A stretch of DNA of 61,017 nucleotides from Gemmatimonadota bacterium. GTDB lineage: Bacteria; Gemmatimonadota; Gemmatimonadetes; Longimicrobiales; RSA9. The stretch spans positions 228 to 61,244 of the forward strand of contig JBBDWZ010000286.1 in NCBI GenBank assembly GCA_040902615.1, written 5' to 3'. The translations under genes were made by a program, and so were the position numbers. Of this stretch, positions 27,206-36,673 are shown in pieces (the stretch's first letter is position 1; each line of letters begins with the position of its first letter). The notes beneath the pieces are model-generated. The model had not been told where the DNA came from. It saw only the letters and a list, made by a program, of their open reading frames with translations, and ran no database searches.

Positions 27206-27336
27206 TCACAACTTCTTAGGCAGCCAGTCCATCCATCGGCGCACTTCGAGCTTGCGCTTGTGCGGCAAAAGGTCGTCCGCGTGTTCGTGACCGGCGTAGC
27301 CATCCATCTCGAGATGCTCATCTTGAACTCGTAGCG
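27206..27336 (-). pseudogene. Decayed remnant of a TolB-propeller/amidohydrolase paralog: two fragments joined by an internal deletion
   Basis: The reverse complement of 27206-27268 encodes ...PHKRKLEVRRWMDWLPKKL*, compared with PEKRKLERRWWMDWLP at 46800-46860. 27273-27336 matches 47423-47480 (the DFKMSISEMLDGYAGHEHA region) with indels. The ~550 bp between the fragments and the whole 5' part are missing. Confidence 0.75.
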
Positions 27337-27355
27337 CGACGAGCGGGTACGGCGT

Positions 27356-28681
27356 TCATCTGTGATCTTGTCTGGAATCACGTCGCAAGCTGCGAATGAA
27401 CGTGTGAATCTCTCGTAACACGTCTGCCTCGTTCGACAGGAAGAGGAAGTGGGTCGCGCCTGCCACGCGTACGACACGCGCCGATGGGACGCCTTTCTCG
27501 AAAGCGTTGGCCTGAAGCGTCCGCACTGAATCCGCCGCCGCCGCCGCGGCGCGCGCCGAATCCGTCAGCTCGCCAGCCGGCAATCGTCGAGGCAATGCAT
27601 AGATCGCAAGCGCGGTCGCTGAAATCGACGTGTACTTCTGCACGCCAGCCCAGATCGCGTTCACTGCAGGCAAGTAAGCGGGCGCGGGCGGCACGGTTCT
27701 GGGCGCCTGGGTCGACTCGAGTGTCCGCTGGTATTCGCGAAGATTCCGCTCGAGCACCGGCAGTTCGGTCGTTACAAGAGAACGTACCATGGCGATCACG
27801 TTTTGAATGCTGTCCGAGCTGATTGCACTGGCCCGGATCTCGGTGAGGCGATCGAGCTTTCGGCGTACGTCGGCCAGTTCAACCGGCAGGTAACCGAGCG
27901 TCGAATCGTAGTACGCGTAGCCAAAGGCAGCGTCGAGGTAGACCAGGCCGGCCACTCGGCCCGGATGACGCGAGCCGATCGAGCTCAGCTCTTGCCCAGC
28001 AATGGAATGGCCGATCAGCACCGGCCGATCGAGACCGAGTGTGTCCAGCACCGCGATCACATCGTCCGCGAGACGATCCGCGGCATAACCGGACGCTGGC
28101 GTGCTGGAAAAGCCGAAGCCGCGACGAGTCACGCCGTATACGTGATAATCACCAGACAGTTTCGCTGCGAACTGATCGAAAACGTGCGCGGTATTGCCGA
28201 GCCCGGACAAAAGCACAACGGGCAGGCCAGTGCCGCCCCAATCAAGCACCTCGAGTTTTACGTTTCGATCGACCGTGATGAAGCGCGCGTTGTGTGGCGA
28301 AGAATCACGCCATGCCGTGCCACTCGTTGCGCGCTCGAAATCCAGTGGCGTCGCCCGCGTCTGAGTCCATGTACCGATCAGCCTTTTGTCGTCGGCGCCA
28401 AGCTTGGCTCGATAGGTGGCTCCCAGCTGAGCGAACGTGACCGTGAGGACGGAGTCTTTGAGCTGGATCGTACTTGCCGGAAAGGGCTGATCGAAACCGC
28501 CCTGGTCCAGGCTCACGAGCCACGCGTTCATTCCGCTATCGGCCTTTGCGACCCGAAGAAGGAGCCGCAGGGATCGATTACCGCGAAGCGTGGCTTGCCA
28601 ATCGCCGGTCATACCCTGAGCCCCGACTGGGCTCGGGATCAAAGCCACGAAGGCACAAAGGAGGGCAGCGCGCACGCTCAT
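27356..28681 (-). CDS. Secreted alpha/beta-fold hydrolase
   Basis: Signal peptide MSVRAALLCAFVALIPSPVGAQ and nucleophile elbow GHSIAGQ. GAGG lies upstream of the ATG. Confidence 0.85.
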   Translation of the reverse strand: MSVRAALLCAFVALIPSPVGAQGMTGDWQATLRGNRSLRLLLRVAKADSGMNAWLVSLDQGGFDQPFPASTIQLKDSVLTVTFAQLGATYRAKLGADDKRLIGTWTQTRATPLDFERATSGTAWRDSSPHNARFITVDRNVKLEVLDWGGTGLPVVLLSGLGNTAHVFDQFAAKLSGDYHVYGVTRRGFGFSSTPASGYAADRLADDVIAVLDTLGLDRPVLIGHSIAGQELSSIGSRHPGRVAGLVYLDAAFGYAYYDSTLGYLPVELADVRRKLDRLTEIRASAISSDSIQNVIAMVRSLVTTELPVLERNLREYQRTLESTQAPRTVPPAPAYLPAVNAIWAGVQKYTSISATALAIYALPRRLPAGELTDSARAAAAAADSVRTLQANAFEKGVPSARVVRVAGATHFLFLSNEADVLREIHTFIRSLRRDSRQDHR

Positions 28682-28880
28682 GGAACCTCGTAGGTTATGC
28701 GGAATTAACCTATCTGACAGATTATCCGAGAGCGTTGGTTGGAACGGATGCCATACCGCTCACCAATGAGTCGGCAGCGAGTCCTGTTCGCGCGCGCCGC
28801 CGATGCCTCCGCGCCGGCAGGTAGCTTGCGAACAACGCGACGCCAATCAATCGGCTCGTTCGTCAATGTTAATCAATGAC

Positions 28881-29885
28881 TCACAAGCCCGCGGGTGCCT
28901 GCAGAAACTGGATGAGCTTCGCGTGGAAGATCTGCGGCGCTTCCAGGTGCGGGCAGTGCCCGACGTTTTCGATCAGCTCGAGTCGTGCTCCTGGAATCGA
29001 TTCGGCGACGCGTCTGGCTTGTGCCGGATAGGTCGGCGTATCTTGGGCGCCACCGATCACCAAAGCCTTCGATTTGATGTGCTGCCAGTCGTACACAACC
29101 GTCTCGGCTGACAACATCTGCGACAGCGCCGCGCGCACCTTCGAGAAGCGCGGCCAGTCCGGACTCAGCGTCCAGCCCCAGTGCATGCGCACGTACTTCT
29201 CGTACTCGGGCTTCCAGACCACGAAATAACGCGTAATGCCTTGCCGGATCGCCTGGTAGCTGCGCGTAGCCGGCGTGCTCTGGTATGCGTCATCGAGGTA
29301 GCGAGGCGCACGGCCAGGCCGGGAATCGGCAAGTCCGATTTGATTTACCATCACGACATGCGAGGTCGCGGTCGGATAAAGCATGGCGAAACGTGAGGCC
29401 AGCATGCCGCCCATCGAGTGGCCGACAATCGCAGCGCGATCGACACCAAGCTGCTGCAGCAGCTTATGAGTGTTCAGCGCCATGTCGTCGAACCGGTACG
29501 GAATGAACGGCTTCGACGAACGGCCGAATCCGATCTGATCCGGCACGATGACGCGATAGCCCTCTTTTGCGAGTACGTCGATCGTTCCGCCCCATGCTTC
29601 ACCGGAAAAGTTGAAGCCGTGAAAAAGCACGACGGTCCGGCCGTTGGGCGTAGCCGGCTTCACATCCATGTACGCCATGTTCACGTTTTGCCCGTACACC
29701 ACGAGCGGGAAGGTCTGGACTGGGTGCGGGTACGCGATATCGGCAAGGTCGACGCTGACCGGACCCCAATCGGCAGGCGCCTGCGCCTGCACAGGTCGCG
29801 GCGCGAGCAAGCCGATGCCCAGCAAGAGGGGGGCGCCGACTAGACGCCTGGTATTGCACCATGAAAAGCTGGGAGGTTGGCGCAT
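28881..29885 (-). CDS. Secreted alpha/beta-fold hydrolase
   Basis: The internal ATG at 29885 gives MRQPPSFSWCNTRRLVGAPLLLGIGLLAPRPVQAQ. HGFNFSG oxyanion-type motif, nucleophile elbow GHSMGG, and a C-terminal GHCPHLE histidine motif. Confidence 0.85.
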   Translation of the reverse strand: MRQPPSFSWCNTRRLVGAPLLLGIGLLAPRPVQAQAPADWGPVSVDLADIAYPHPVQTFPLVVYGQNVNMAYMDVKPATPNGRTVVLFHGFNFSGEAWGGTIDVLAKEGYRVIVPDQIGFGRSSKPFIPYRFDDMALNTHKLLQQLGVDRAAIVGHSMGGMLASRFAMLYPTATSHVVMVNQIGLADSRPGRAPRYLDDAYQSTPATRSYQAIRQGITRYFVVWKPEYEKYVRMHWGWTLSPDWPRFSKVRAALSQMLSAETVVYDWQHIKSKALVIGGAQDTPTYPAQARRVAESIPGARLELIENVGHCPHLEAPQIFHAKLIQFLQAPAGL

Positions 29886-30352
29886 GGAGAGCCTCGGAGT
29901 TTTTTGGGTCGAGAGGAAGCAATGTACACGATCCGTCCAACACGTGCTGCCCGCCGCTTGGGCAGCCTCGCGCACCGGAAATCGCCCTCGGGCGAGACCG
30001 TTCGCAATGAAAAGCCGAGCCGCATCGTTCACGCTGCACGTTGTTGTTCCTACACGCCGACCCAAAAGGCCGCTATGAACGCAATGCAGGTGCGCCGACT
30101 GGCAGTTCTCCTGGCGATCGCTTGTGCGCCGACCATCAGCGAGCTGTCCGCGCAGTCGCCATTCGACGGATCCAAAAACCGTCCGCGTGTGGGATCGGGC
30201 GTGCCACGGGTGGCACTCGAAAGCCTTTGGCGGGGTGCGCCCGAAACGCCAATCTCTCGTCACGGCAATGACTTTTCACGGCATGTGAGGCGGCACACAC
30301 CTTCCGATTGCACTGCTTCAAAACCACCTCGCATCAACGGCGGAGCAGCGTA

Positions 30353-32827
30353 ATGAAATTCGGAGCGTCCTGGGTCGACTTCAAGCTCGGCGGGCGCATG
30401 CTCGTGAAATACCCGGGCCTGACCCTGATTGGCGGCATCACCCTCGCGGTGGCGATCGGAGTCGGGGCAGCATGGTTCGAGGTGACGCGGCAGATTGTGA
30501 ACCCGCGCATCCCGCTGGCTGACGGCGACCGCATTGTCACCATCGCCAACTGGGATGCTGCGGAATCAGAGATCGAGGCGCGCTCGCTCTACGACTTTCA
30601 GCTCTGGCGCGAGCAGCTAACGTCGATCAGGGAACTGGGCGCGTACCGCGCGTTCGAACGGAATCTGATTACGCCGGACGGCATTGCGCAGCCTACAGAA
30701 GTCGCGGAGATCAGCGCGGCTGCGTTTCCGTTGACTCGTGTGCCGCCCTTGCTGGGTCGCACACTCCAGGAGTCTGATGCCGTGCCGGGCGCTGCTGATG
30801 TCGTCGTGATCGGTTACGACATCTGGCAGAATCGTTTCAAGAGCGATCGCAGCATCATTGGTCAGACGGTCAGAGTCGGTCGCACGCCGGCGACCATCGT
30901 TGGGGTCATGCCGGAGGGGTTTCGTTTTCCGGTCATTCAGCAGCTCTGGCTGCCGTTGCGACTGTCCACGGCGGCGCCGCGGACGGGCGCCGCTGTCAGC
31001 GTCTTCGGCCGGCTCGCGGATGGCGCTTCGCTCGAGTCTGCACAAGCCGAGCTGACCACGATCGGTCAGCGCATTGCCGCCGTGAATGCGACGACGCATG
31101 CGCAGCTACGACCGTTCGTCTCGCGGTATGGCGGGCCCGGACCTATGTTCAACGGGGCGCCTGGTAGAAGCCAGTCGTTGCTGATCCGCATGACCAACAT
31201 CATCGCCTGGCTAATCCTCGCTGGTGCGGGCATGAACGTCGCCACGTTGATGTTTGCGCGCACTGCGACGCGTGAATCCGAGATCATCGTGCGCAATGCA
31301 CTCGGTGCTTCGCGCAAGCGCGTCATGATGCAGCTGCTGGTCGAGGCCTTTGTGCTGTGCACGGCTGCTGCGGTGGTTGGACTCCTCGGGGCCAGCTTCG
31401 CACTCGACTACGCCGTTCGCCTCTTCGCCGTGTCCGCGATAGAGCAGGTGCCGTTCTGGTGGCAATTCAGCATTGGGCCGGTCACTGTGCTTTACGCCCT
31501 TATCCTGGCGATCGGCGCTGCCGTTGTGGTCGGGTTGTTGCCTGCCATCAGAGCGACCGGCCCGCGCGTGCAGAACGCGCTCACGCAGATGTCGACCGGC
31601 GGCACGAGCATCAAATTCGGCGGCGTGTGGAGTGTCATGATCGTGCTGCAGGTCGCGTTTGCGGCGCTGTGCCTGCCCTTCGGTTTTGCCGCCGCGTTTG
31701 CCTCGGTGTTCGAGACCCGATGGTCTGATCGGTTCCCCACAAATGAGTACCTCACGTTTCGGCCGGAGCTGGATCCTGACGCACTCCCTACGACTGGTGT
31801 ATTCGATCCGGCCGCGTATCGCACGCAGCAGTTGACCGTATTTGCCGAGCTGAAGCGCCGACTCGAGAACGAGCCGTCGGTCACGGCCGTAACCTTTGCC
31901 AATGGCCTGCCGGGTACGTCATTTGGCCTGCGCCAGGTGGAAGTGCAACGCGGCAGCGAGCCGCCGGTCCTGGTTGATGCGAGCATCGAAGGCGACCGGG
32001 TCAGAATCGCGAATGTCGACAACGACTACTTCGACGCGTTCCAGTTCCCGTTGGTGGCCGGCCGCGCATTCAACACTTCCGATGTCGGCGCCGAGACCGC
32101 CGTCATCATCAACGAGACGCTGGCGCGCAACCTGGGCGGTAACCCGCTGGGCAAGCGGATCCGCTACGCTGAGGGTGGCCCCTATCGGCCGGTCAGTTCG
32201 TGGTACGAAGTCGTCGGTGTCGTGCGCGATATCCAGGATGCAACACCGGCCGACTTCATCTTCCAGCCCACGTCCGCCGCGGATGTGACTTCCCTCACTT
32301 TCGCGGTCCACACGCGTGGCGATGCCGCCGCAATTGCGCCGCGTCTGCGCGCCATCGCAACCGAAGTCGAGCCCGGACTCCGGCTTTACAACGTCGTTTC
32401 ACTGCACGAACTCCTGCGCCAGCGCGAACGGCCCGCGATCCAGCTGATGATCGTGACGGTCTCGCTCGTGCTCGTGGTGCTGGCACTCTCGGCCGCAGGC
32501 CTGTACTCGCTCATGTCCGTTGCAGTCACCCGTCGCACGCGCGAGATCGGCATCCGCCTCGCCATTGGCGCAAGCCCGCGCGCTGTACTCGGTGCGCTGT
32601 TCGCGCGCGCGGCCATCCAGGTAGGCATCGGCATCGTCCTGGCCAATGCGCTCCTGCCCGCGCTGATGACAGCTCTCGGCATCATGGAGTTGAAACTGAA
32701 CATAGTGCTGGGGGCGATGCTGATCGCATCGCTCGGCATGTTGCTGGTGGGACTGATCGCGTGCGGCGTTCCTGCACGGCGCGCGCTCCGAATCCAGGCA
32801 ACCGAGGCGATGCGATACGCTGGCTGA
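30353..32827 (+). CDS. ABC transporter permease, ADOP family (paralog 3)
   Basis: MKFGASWVDFKLGGRMLVKYPGLTLIGG... is collinear with paralogs 1 and 2 and ends in RALRIQATEAMRYAG. Confidence 0.9.
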   Translation: MKFGASWVDFKLGGRMLVKYPGLTLIGGITLAVAIGVGAAWFEVTRQIVNPRIPLADGDRIVTIANWDAAESEIEARSLYDFQLWREQLTSIRELGAYRAFERNLITPDGIAQPTEVAEISAAAFPLTRVPPLLGRTLQESDAVPGAADVVVIGYDIWQNRFKSDRSIIGQTVRVGRTPATIVGVMPEGFRFPVIQQLWLPLRLSTAAPRTGAAVSVFGRLADGASLESAQAELTTIGQRIAAVNATTHAQLRPFVSRYGGPGPMFNGAPGRSQSLLIRMTNIIAWLILAGAGMNVATLMFARTATRESEIIVRNALGASRKRVMMQLLVEAFVLCTAAAVVGLLGASFALDYAVRLFAVSAIEQVPFWWQFSIGPVTVLYALILAIGAAVVVGLLPAIRATGPRVQNALTQMSTGGTSIKFGGVWSVMIVLQVAFAALCLPFGFAAAFASVFETRWSDRFPTNEYLTFRPELDPDALPTTGVFDPAAYRTQQLTVFAELKRRLENEPSVTAVTFANGLPGTSFGLRQVEVQRGSEPPVLVDASIEGDRVRIANVDNDYFDAFQFPLVAGRAFNTSDVGAETAVIINETLARNLGGNPLGKRIRYAEGGPYRPVSSWYEVVGVVRDIQDATPADFIFQPTSAADVTSLTFAVHTRGDAAAIAPRLRAIATEVEPGLRLYNVVSLHELLRQRERPAIQLMIVTVSLVLVVLALSAAGLYSLMSVAVTRRTREIGIRLAIGASPRAVLGALFARAAIQVGIGIVLANALLPALMTALGIMELKLNIVLGAMLIASLGMLLVGLIACGVPARRALRIQATEAMRYAG

Positions 32828-32857
32828 TCGCGGTTGAGCTTCCGATCGTCGCTCCGA

Positions 32858-35551
32858 TCAAATCGCGCGCAGTGTTTCCGTCGGGCTAACGGCGGTGGCG
32901 CGCCGGGCCGGCAACCACGCGGCGAATAGCGCCACGGCCTCGAGCAGGATCACGACGCTGAGCAAAACGAGTGGATCGCTGGCCGACGTCTCAAACAACA
33001 GCGGTTGCACCAGGGAGCCAAGTGCGAGCGCGAGCGCGAGCCCAGTCGCGATTCCAATCGAGGCAAGCAGCGTTCCCCTTCGTACTACAAGCAATGCGAT
33101 CGATCGCTCGGACGCACCGAGCGCGAGTCGCACGCCGATTTCGTGACGTCCCCAGGCGACTGCGTGCGCCATGATGCTGTAGAGCCCAAGCCCGGCAACC
33201 ACGAGGGCCAGGAACGCGCTGATGCCAAACGCCACGATGCCCAGGCGGAACGGCCGAACTTCGGCCGCCAACCCTTGCGAAAGCAGTCGCACATCGATCG
33301 AGCGAATGTCGCGGTCGGCGTTCTGCAATGCCTCGCGTAACGCCGGCCACGCTGTGGTGGGTCGACCGGTCGGGCGAACGACCAGCCAACTTCCGCTGAA
33401 TCCGCGCTCCTGGCCGATCGGCACGTAGAACTGCATCGACGGCTCCTCCTCGAGACTGTGTCGATGCACGTCTGCGGCGACACCAACAATGCGGGCGCAG
33501 CGCGCGGTGCGGTCCTGGATGCGCACGCATGCTCCCAATGCCGGGCGACCCGGCCAGAGCACGCGAGCCATGGTTTCATTGACGATAACGACCGGCTCGC
33601 TGTCCTCGCGATCGCTTGCCGTGAACGGCCGCCCTTCGCGAACGCGGGTACCCATGGTGGTGAAGTAGGCATCACCGACAGCGCTCACATACGGACCTCC
33701 GCCGGGGAGCGATGGGATCGAGTCGCGCCCAGGTACGAAAAGGCCCACACTCACACTGCCGTGGAAGGGGACACCGACTGAAATCGCCGCGCTTTCAACG
33801 CCCGGCAGCCGTCGAACGGCTTGAAGCAGTGCACGGTGACGTTGCCGTTCGATCAATCCAGTGCGCCGAATCCAATCGCTGAACGTCTCTCCCGGATCCC
33901 GAGCGATGCGCTCATATCTGGCTTCTATGGTCAACACGCGATCGGCATCGAGTCCCAGGTCCACCGCGTTAACTCGCTGCAAGCTGCGCAGGAAGAGACC
34001 CGCGCCCACCAGCAGCATCACCGAAAACATTGCCTGCACCACAGTGAGCGTCGAGCGCAACGGCGATTGCAGCGGTCCGCCGCGGTCGCCGCCGCGCAGC
34101 GCATCGTGGATCTGCGGTCGTCCGGCCTGGATCGTGGGTGCGAGCGAAACCAGAAATCCGGTCACCAGCGCGAAAACGGCAACGGCGCCCAGCACACGCA
34201 CGTCGACGATCGTAAACCGCCACGAACCGTCAGGGAAAAGCGCGCTTTGAATGACCGGCGCAACCAAAGCAGTGACAACCAGGGCCATTGCCGCAGCAGA
34301 AACCGCGAGGACCAGGCCTTCGATCGCCAGCATGCGGATCAGCCGCGTTCGACCGGAGCCCAGCGCCACGCGCACCGCCAGCTCGCGCCGCCGCCGTGCC
34401 AATCGGGCCAAAAGCAGGTTGGCCACGTTGGCGCAACTGATGAACAGGATGATTGCGGAAATAACCGCGAGCCAGCGCGCCATCACGGCCTCGAGTGACT
34501 CCTTTCCATTTTCATCGTGGCCGATCGGAGCCGCGTGGTAACTCGCACCCACCAGCCATTTGGCCCAGCTGGGCAGCTGATCCTCGACGCGTTCACGCAG
34601 CACAGACACTTCGGCCGCCGCGGTCTCGAACGAAACGTCCGGTCGCAGACGTGCGACCAGATGCATGTTCATTGAATTGCGCATGGTCGGGCTGATCGGC
34701 GTCCAGACATCGACGCGGTGCAGCTCGGGCCCGGTAAACCCGGCCGGTGCAATGCCGACGATCGCATGCGGCACGTCATCCACCGCGATCGTCTTCGCCA
34801 GGATGTCCGGATCGGCCGCGAAGCTCGTACGCCAGTAGCCCTCGCTGATCACCGCGACGGTGGCGGCATCTTCATCACGATCGAAAAATCGACCGCGCAA
34901 CGGCCGCACGCCCAGCAACGGAAACAGCTCGCTGCTTACGCGCGATACGCGCCGCATTTCACTGGCCGCGCCACGGCCGACCATGGCTTCGCCTGCGCGA
35001 TAGCCAGCCATTCCTTCGATCGTGCGCAGGCCATCGCGCAACACAATAAACGCGGAGTGCGGCAGCCACGCCGTGGTCTGCAGCCCCAGCGGCGGCTGCT
35101 CCACCCGGCTGTACAGCCGCACCAGCCGGTCAACCTCACGGACGTGTTGCGGTCCTCGCAACAACACACGGTCGGCAATGCTGAATACCGCGACGTTGAT
35201 GCCGATGCCCAGTGCCAGCGTGACCAGGATGAAGAGCGTGGTGCCCGGTTCGTGTGCGAGCCGCCGCGCCCCCAATCTCACATCCTGCCAGAACGAGTCC
35301 CACTGATCGTGCAATCGCATGTGACCATTCCGCTGTATGGCAGCCTGTTTGAGATGATCGATGGTCGTATCGGTGAGAGCGAAGAGCTGTCGTGCCTGTC
35401 TCGCGGCTTCAGCCGGCGACACCCCGTCGCGAATGAGCTGCTCGGTACGCAGGGCGACGTGTAATTCGATTTCTTCATGAAGATCCTCCGCGGCCGCGTC
35501 CCGCCTCCACGTGCCCAGGCGAAAGAGTCGCTTGATCCCCGGACGAATCAT
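32858..35551 (-). CDS. ABC transporter permease, ADOP family (PadR-linked subtype)
   Basis: The ATG at 35551 overlaps the PadR TGA (ATGA). N-terminal cytoplasmic helix MIRPGIKRLFRLGTWRRDAAAEDLHEEIELH..., then two FtsX modules, ending in RRATAVSPTETLRAI. Confidence 0.9.
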   Translation of the reverse strand: MIRPGIKRLFRLGTWRRDAAAEDLHEEIELHVALRTEQLIRDGVSPAEAARQARQLFALTDTTIDHLKQAAIQRNGHMRLHDQWDSFWQDVRLGARRLAHEPGTTLFILVTLALGIGINVAVFSIADRVLLRGPQHVREVDRLVRLYSRVEQPPLGLQTTAWLPHSAFIVLRDGLRTIEGMAGYRAGEAMVGRGAASEMRRVSRVSSELFPLLGVRPLRGRFFDRDEDAATVAVISEGYWRTSFAADPDILAKTIAVDDVPHAIVGIAPAGFTGPELHRVDVWTPISPTMRNSMNMHLVARLRPDVSFETAAAEVSVLRERVEDQLPSWAKWLVGASYHAAPIGHDENGKESLEAVMARWLAVISAIILFISCANVANLLLARLARRRRELAVRVALGSGRTRLIRMLAIEGLVLAVSAAAMALVVTALVAPVIQSALFPDGSWRFTIVDVRVLGAVAVFALVTGFLVSLAPTIQAGRPQIHDALRGGDRGGPLQSPLRSTLTVVQAMFSVMLLVGAGLFLRSLQRVNAVDLGLDADRVLTIEARYERIARDPGETFSDWIRRTGLIERQRHRALLQAVRRLPGVESAAISVGVPFHGSVSVGLFVPGRDSIPSLPGGGPYVSAVGDAYFTTMGTRVREGRPFTASDREDSEPVVIVNETMARVLWPGRPALGACVRIQDRTARCARIVGVAADVHRHSLEEEPSMQFYVPIGQERGFSGSWLVVRPTGRPTTAWPALREALQNADRDIRSIDVRLLSQGLAAEVRPFRLGIVAFGISAFLALVVAGLGLYSIMAHAVAWGRHEIGVRLALGASERSIALLVVRRGTLLASIGIATGLALALALGSLVQPLLFETSASDPLVLLSVVILLEAVALFAAWLPARRATAVSPTETLRAI

Positions 35552-35901
35552 GACGGCGTGCCCTTCGTGGGCGTGGCAAGCAGGAGGTCCGTCATCGTCT
35601 CGGCGAACTGAAACCACTGTGCGGTCTGCTCCTCCAGACTGGCGCGGCCCGCAGCGGTGATGCGGTAGTACCGCGCGCGGCGGTTGCCCTCCGTGACACC
35701 CCACGTGGCCGACACCAGCCTTCGTTTTTCCAGGCGATACAGCGCCTGATACAGTGCCGCGTCCTCCAGCGTCAGCCGCCGGCCCGACTGCCGCTCGAGC
35801 CAGGTCGTCAACTCAAAGCCGTGCATCGGCTGCCAGGTCAATGCCTTGAGCACGAGCACGTCGAGCGTGCCCTTCAGAACGGGAACTGGTTCGGGAGCCA
35901 T
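35548..35901 (-). CDS. PadR-family transcriptional regulator
   Basis: GTLDVLVLKALTWQPMHGFELTTWLE...ALYRLEKRRLV...RRARYYRITAAGR is a typical PadR wHTH. Confidence 0.9.
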   Translation of the reverse strand: MAPEPVPVLKGTLDVLVLKALTWQPMHGFELTTWLERQSGRRLTLEDAALYQALYRLEKRRLVSATWGVTEGNRRARYYRITAAGRASLEEQTAQWFQFAETMTDLLLATPTKGTPS

Positions 35902-35914
35902 GATTTCGGTTGAG

Positions 35915-35929
35915 TCTAAGACACTTAGA
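35915..35929. promoter_or_regulatory. Candidate PadR operator palindrome
   Basis: TCTAAG-aca-CTTAGA lies 14-28 nt upstream of the PadR ATG, between it and the divergent PadR fragment. Confidence 0.3.
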
Positions 35930-35945
35930 TAAGCAGGACGGTTGC

Positions 35946-36384
35946 ATGGCGCGAATTCTTTACCCGGGCGGGCTCGAAATTATGGTGCTGCGCCTCCTGC
36001 ACGAGTCGCGGCACGGTTTAGAACTGGACCCCTTTGACCCCCAAACTGCGAGCTGTCCGTTGGAATGGAGTCGGCGCAGCGAATCGACGCAGAGGTGGTC
36101 GTCAGGAGAGTCGAGCTGGAATCCGACGTCCTGTAGCGTAATCCCGGTTACCCAGCGCAATACGCGCCACCCTGCAGGTCGGCATCGGCATCGTCCTCGC
36201 CAATGCGCTCCTGCCCGCTTTGATTACCGCGCTCGGTATCAGCGAGTTGAAAATGAGTATAGTGCTGCCGGCAATGCTGATCGCATCGGTCGGCATGTTG
36301 CTGGTGGGACTGATTGCGTGCGGTGTTCCCGCCCGCCGCGCGCTCCGCATCCAGGCAACCGAAGCGATAAAATGCGCGGGCTAA
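35946..36384 (+). pseudogene. Collapsed PadR-permease unit: a PadR N-terminal fragment and an ADOP permease C-terminal fragment with most of the operon deleted
   Basis: 35946-36030 encodes MARILYPGGLEIMVLRLLHESRHGLEL, PadR-like as in GTLDVLVLKAL..HGFEL. 36163-36384 encodes QVGIGIVLANALLPALITALGISELKMSIVLPAMLIASVGMLLVGLIACGVPARRALRIQATEAIKCAG*, nearly identical to the last ~70 codons of 30353-32827. The two pieces are in different frames. Confidence 0.65.
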
Positions 36385-36673
36385 ATGGCTGGAGGGTCAT
36401 AGGCCATTGGGCCTTTCGGTCTTCTGGACTGACACCGATCTTGTTCGGTAGCCGACCATCGGTAACCCAGCCGCGTCTACGTACATGACAATGCCATGAC
36501 GATGCCTCGCGCATAGCGCCATTGATCCAACAGTGGGACGAGCAGGACTGCCGTCCGACGGATATGACGAAGGGTTTTGCCGCTGGCATCGGGACGCCAG
36601 CACGCCCGAATGCGCGTTATCGATCGGAGCTCGAAATCCTGCTCGATAATCCACATTTTCGGGAGTAAGCCTG

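Noticed and set aside
26503-27477. 324-aa minus-strand ORF overlapping the 3' end of the S8 protease gene
   Set aside because: It is mostly antisense to the protease gene. Its only meaningful part is the amidohydrolase remnant (27206-27336), which is frame-broken. It is not a functional gene.
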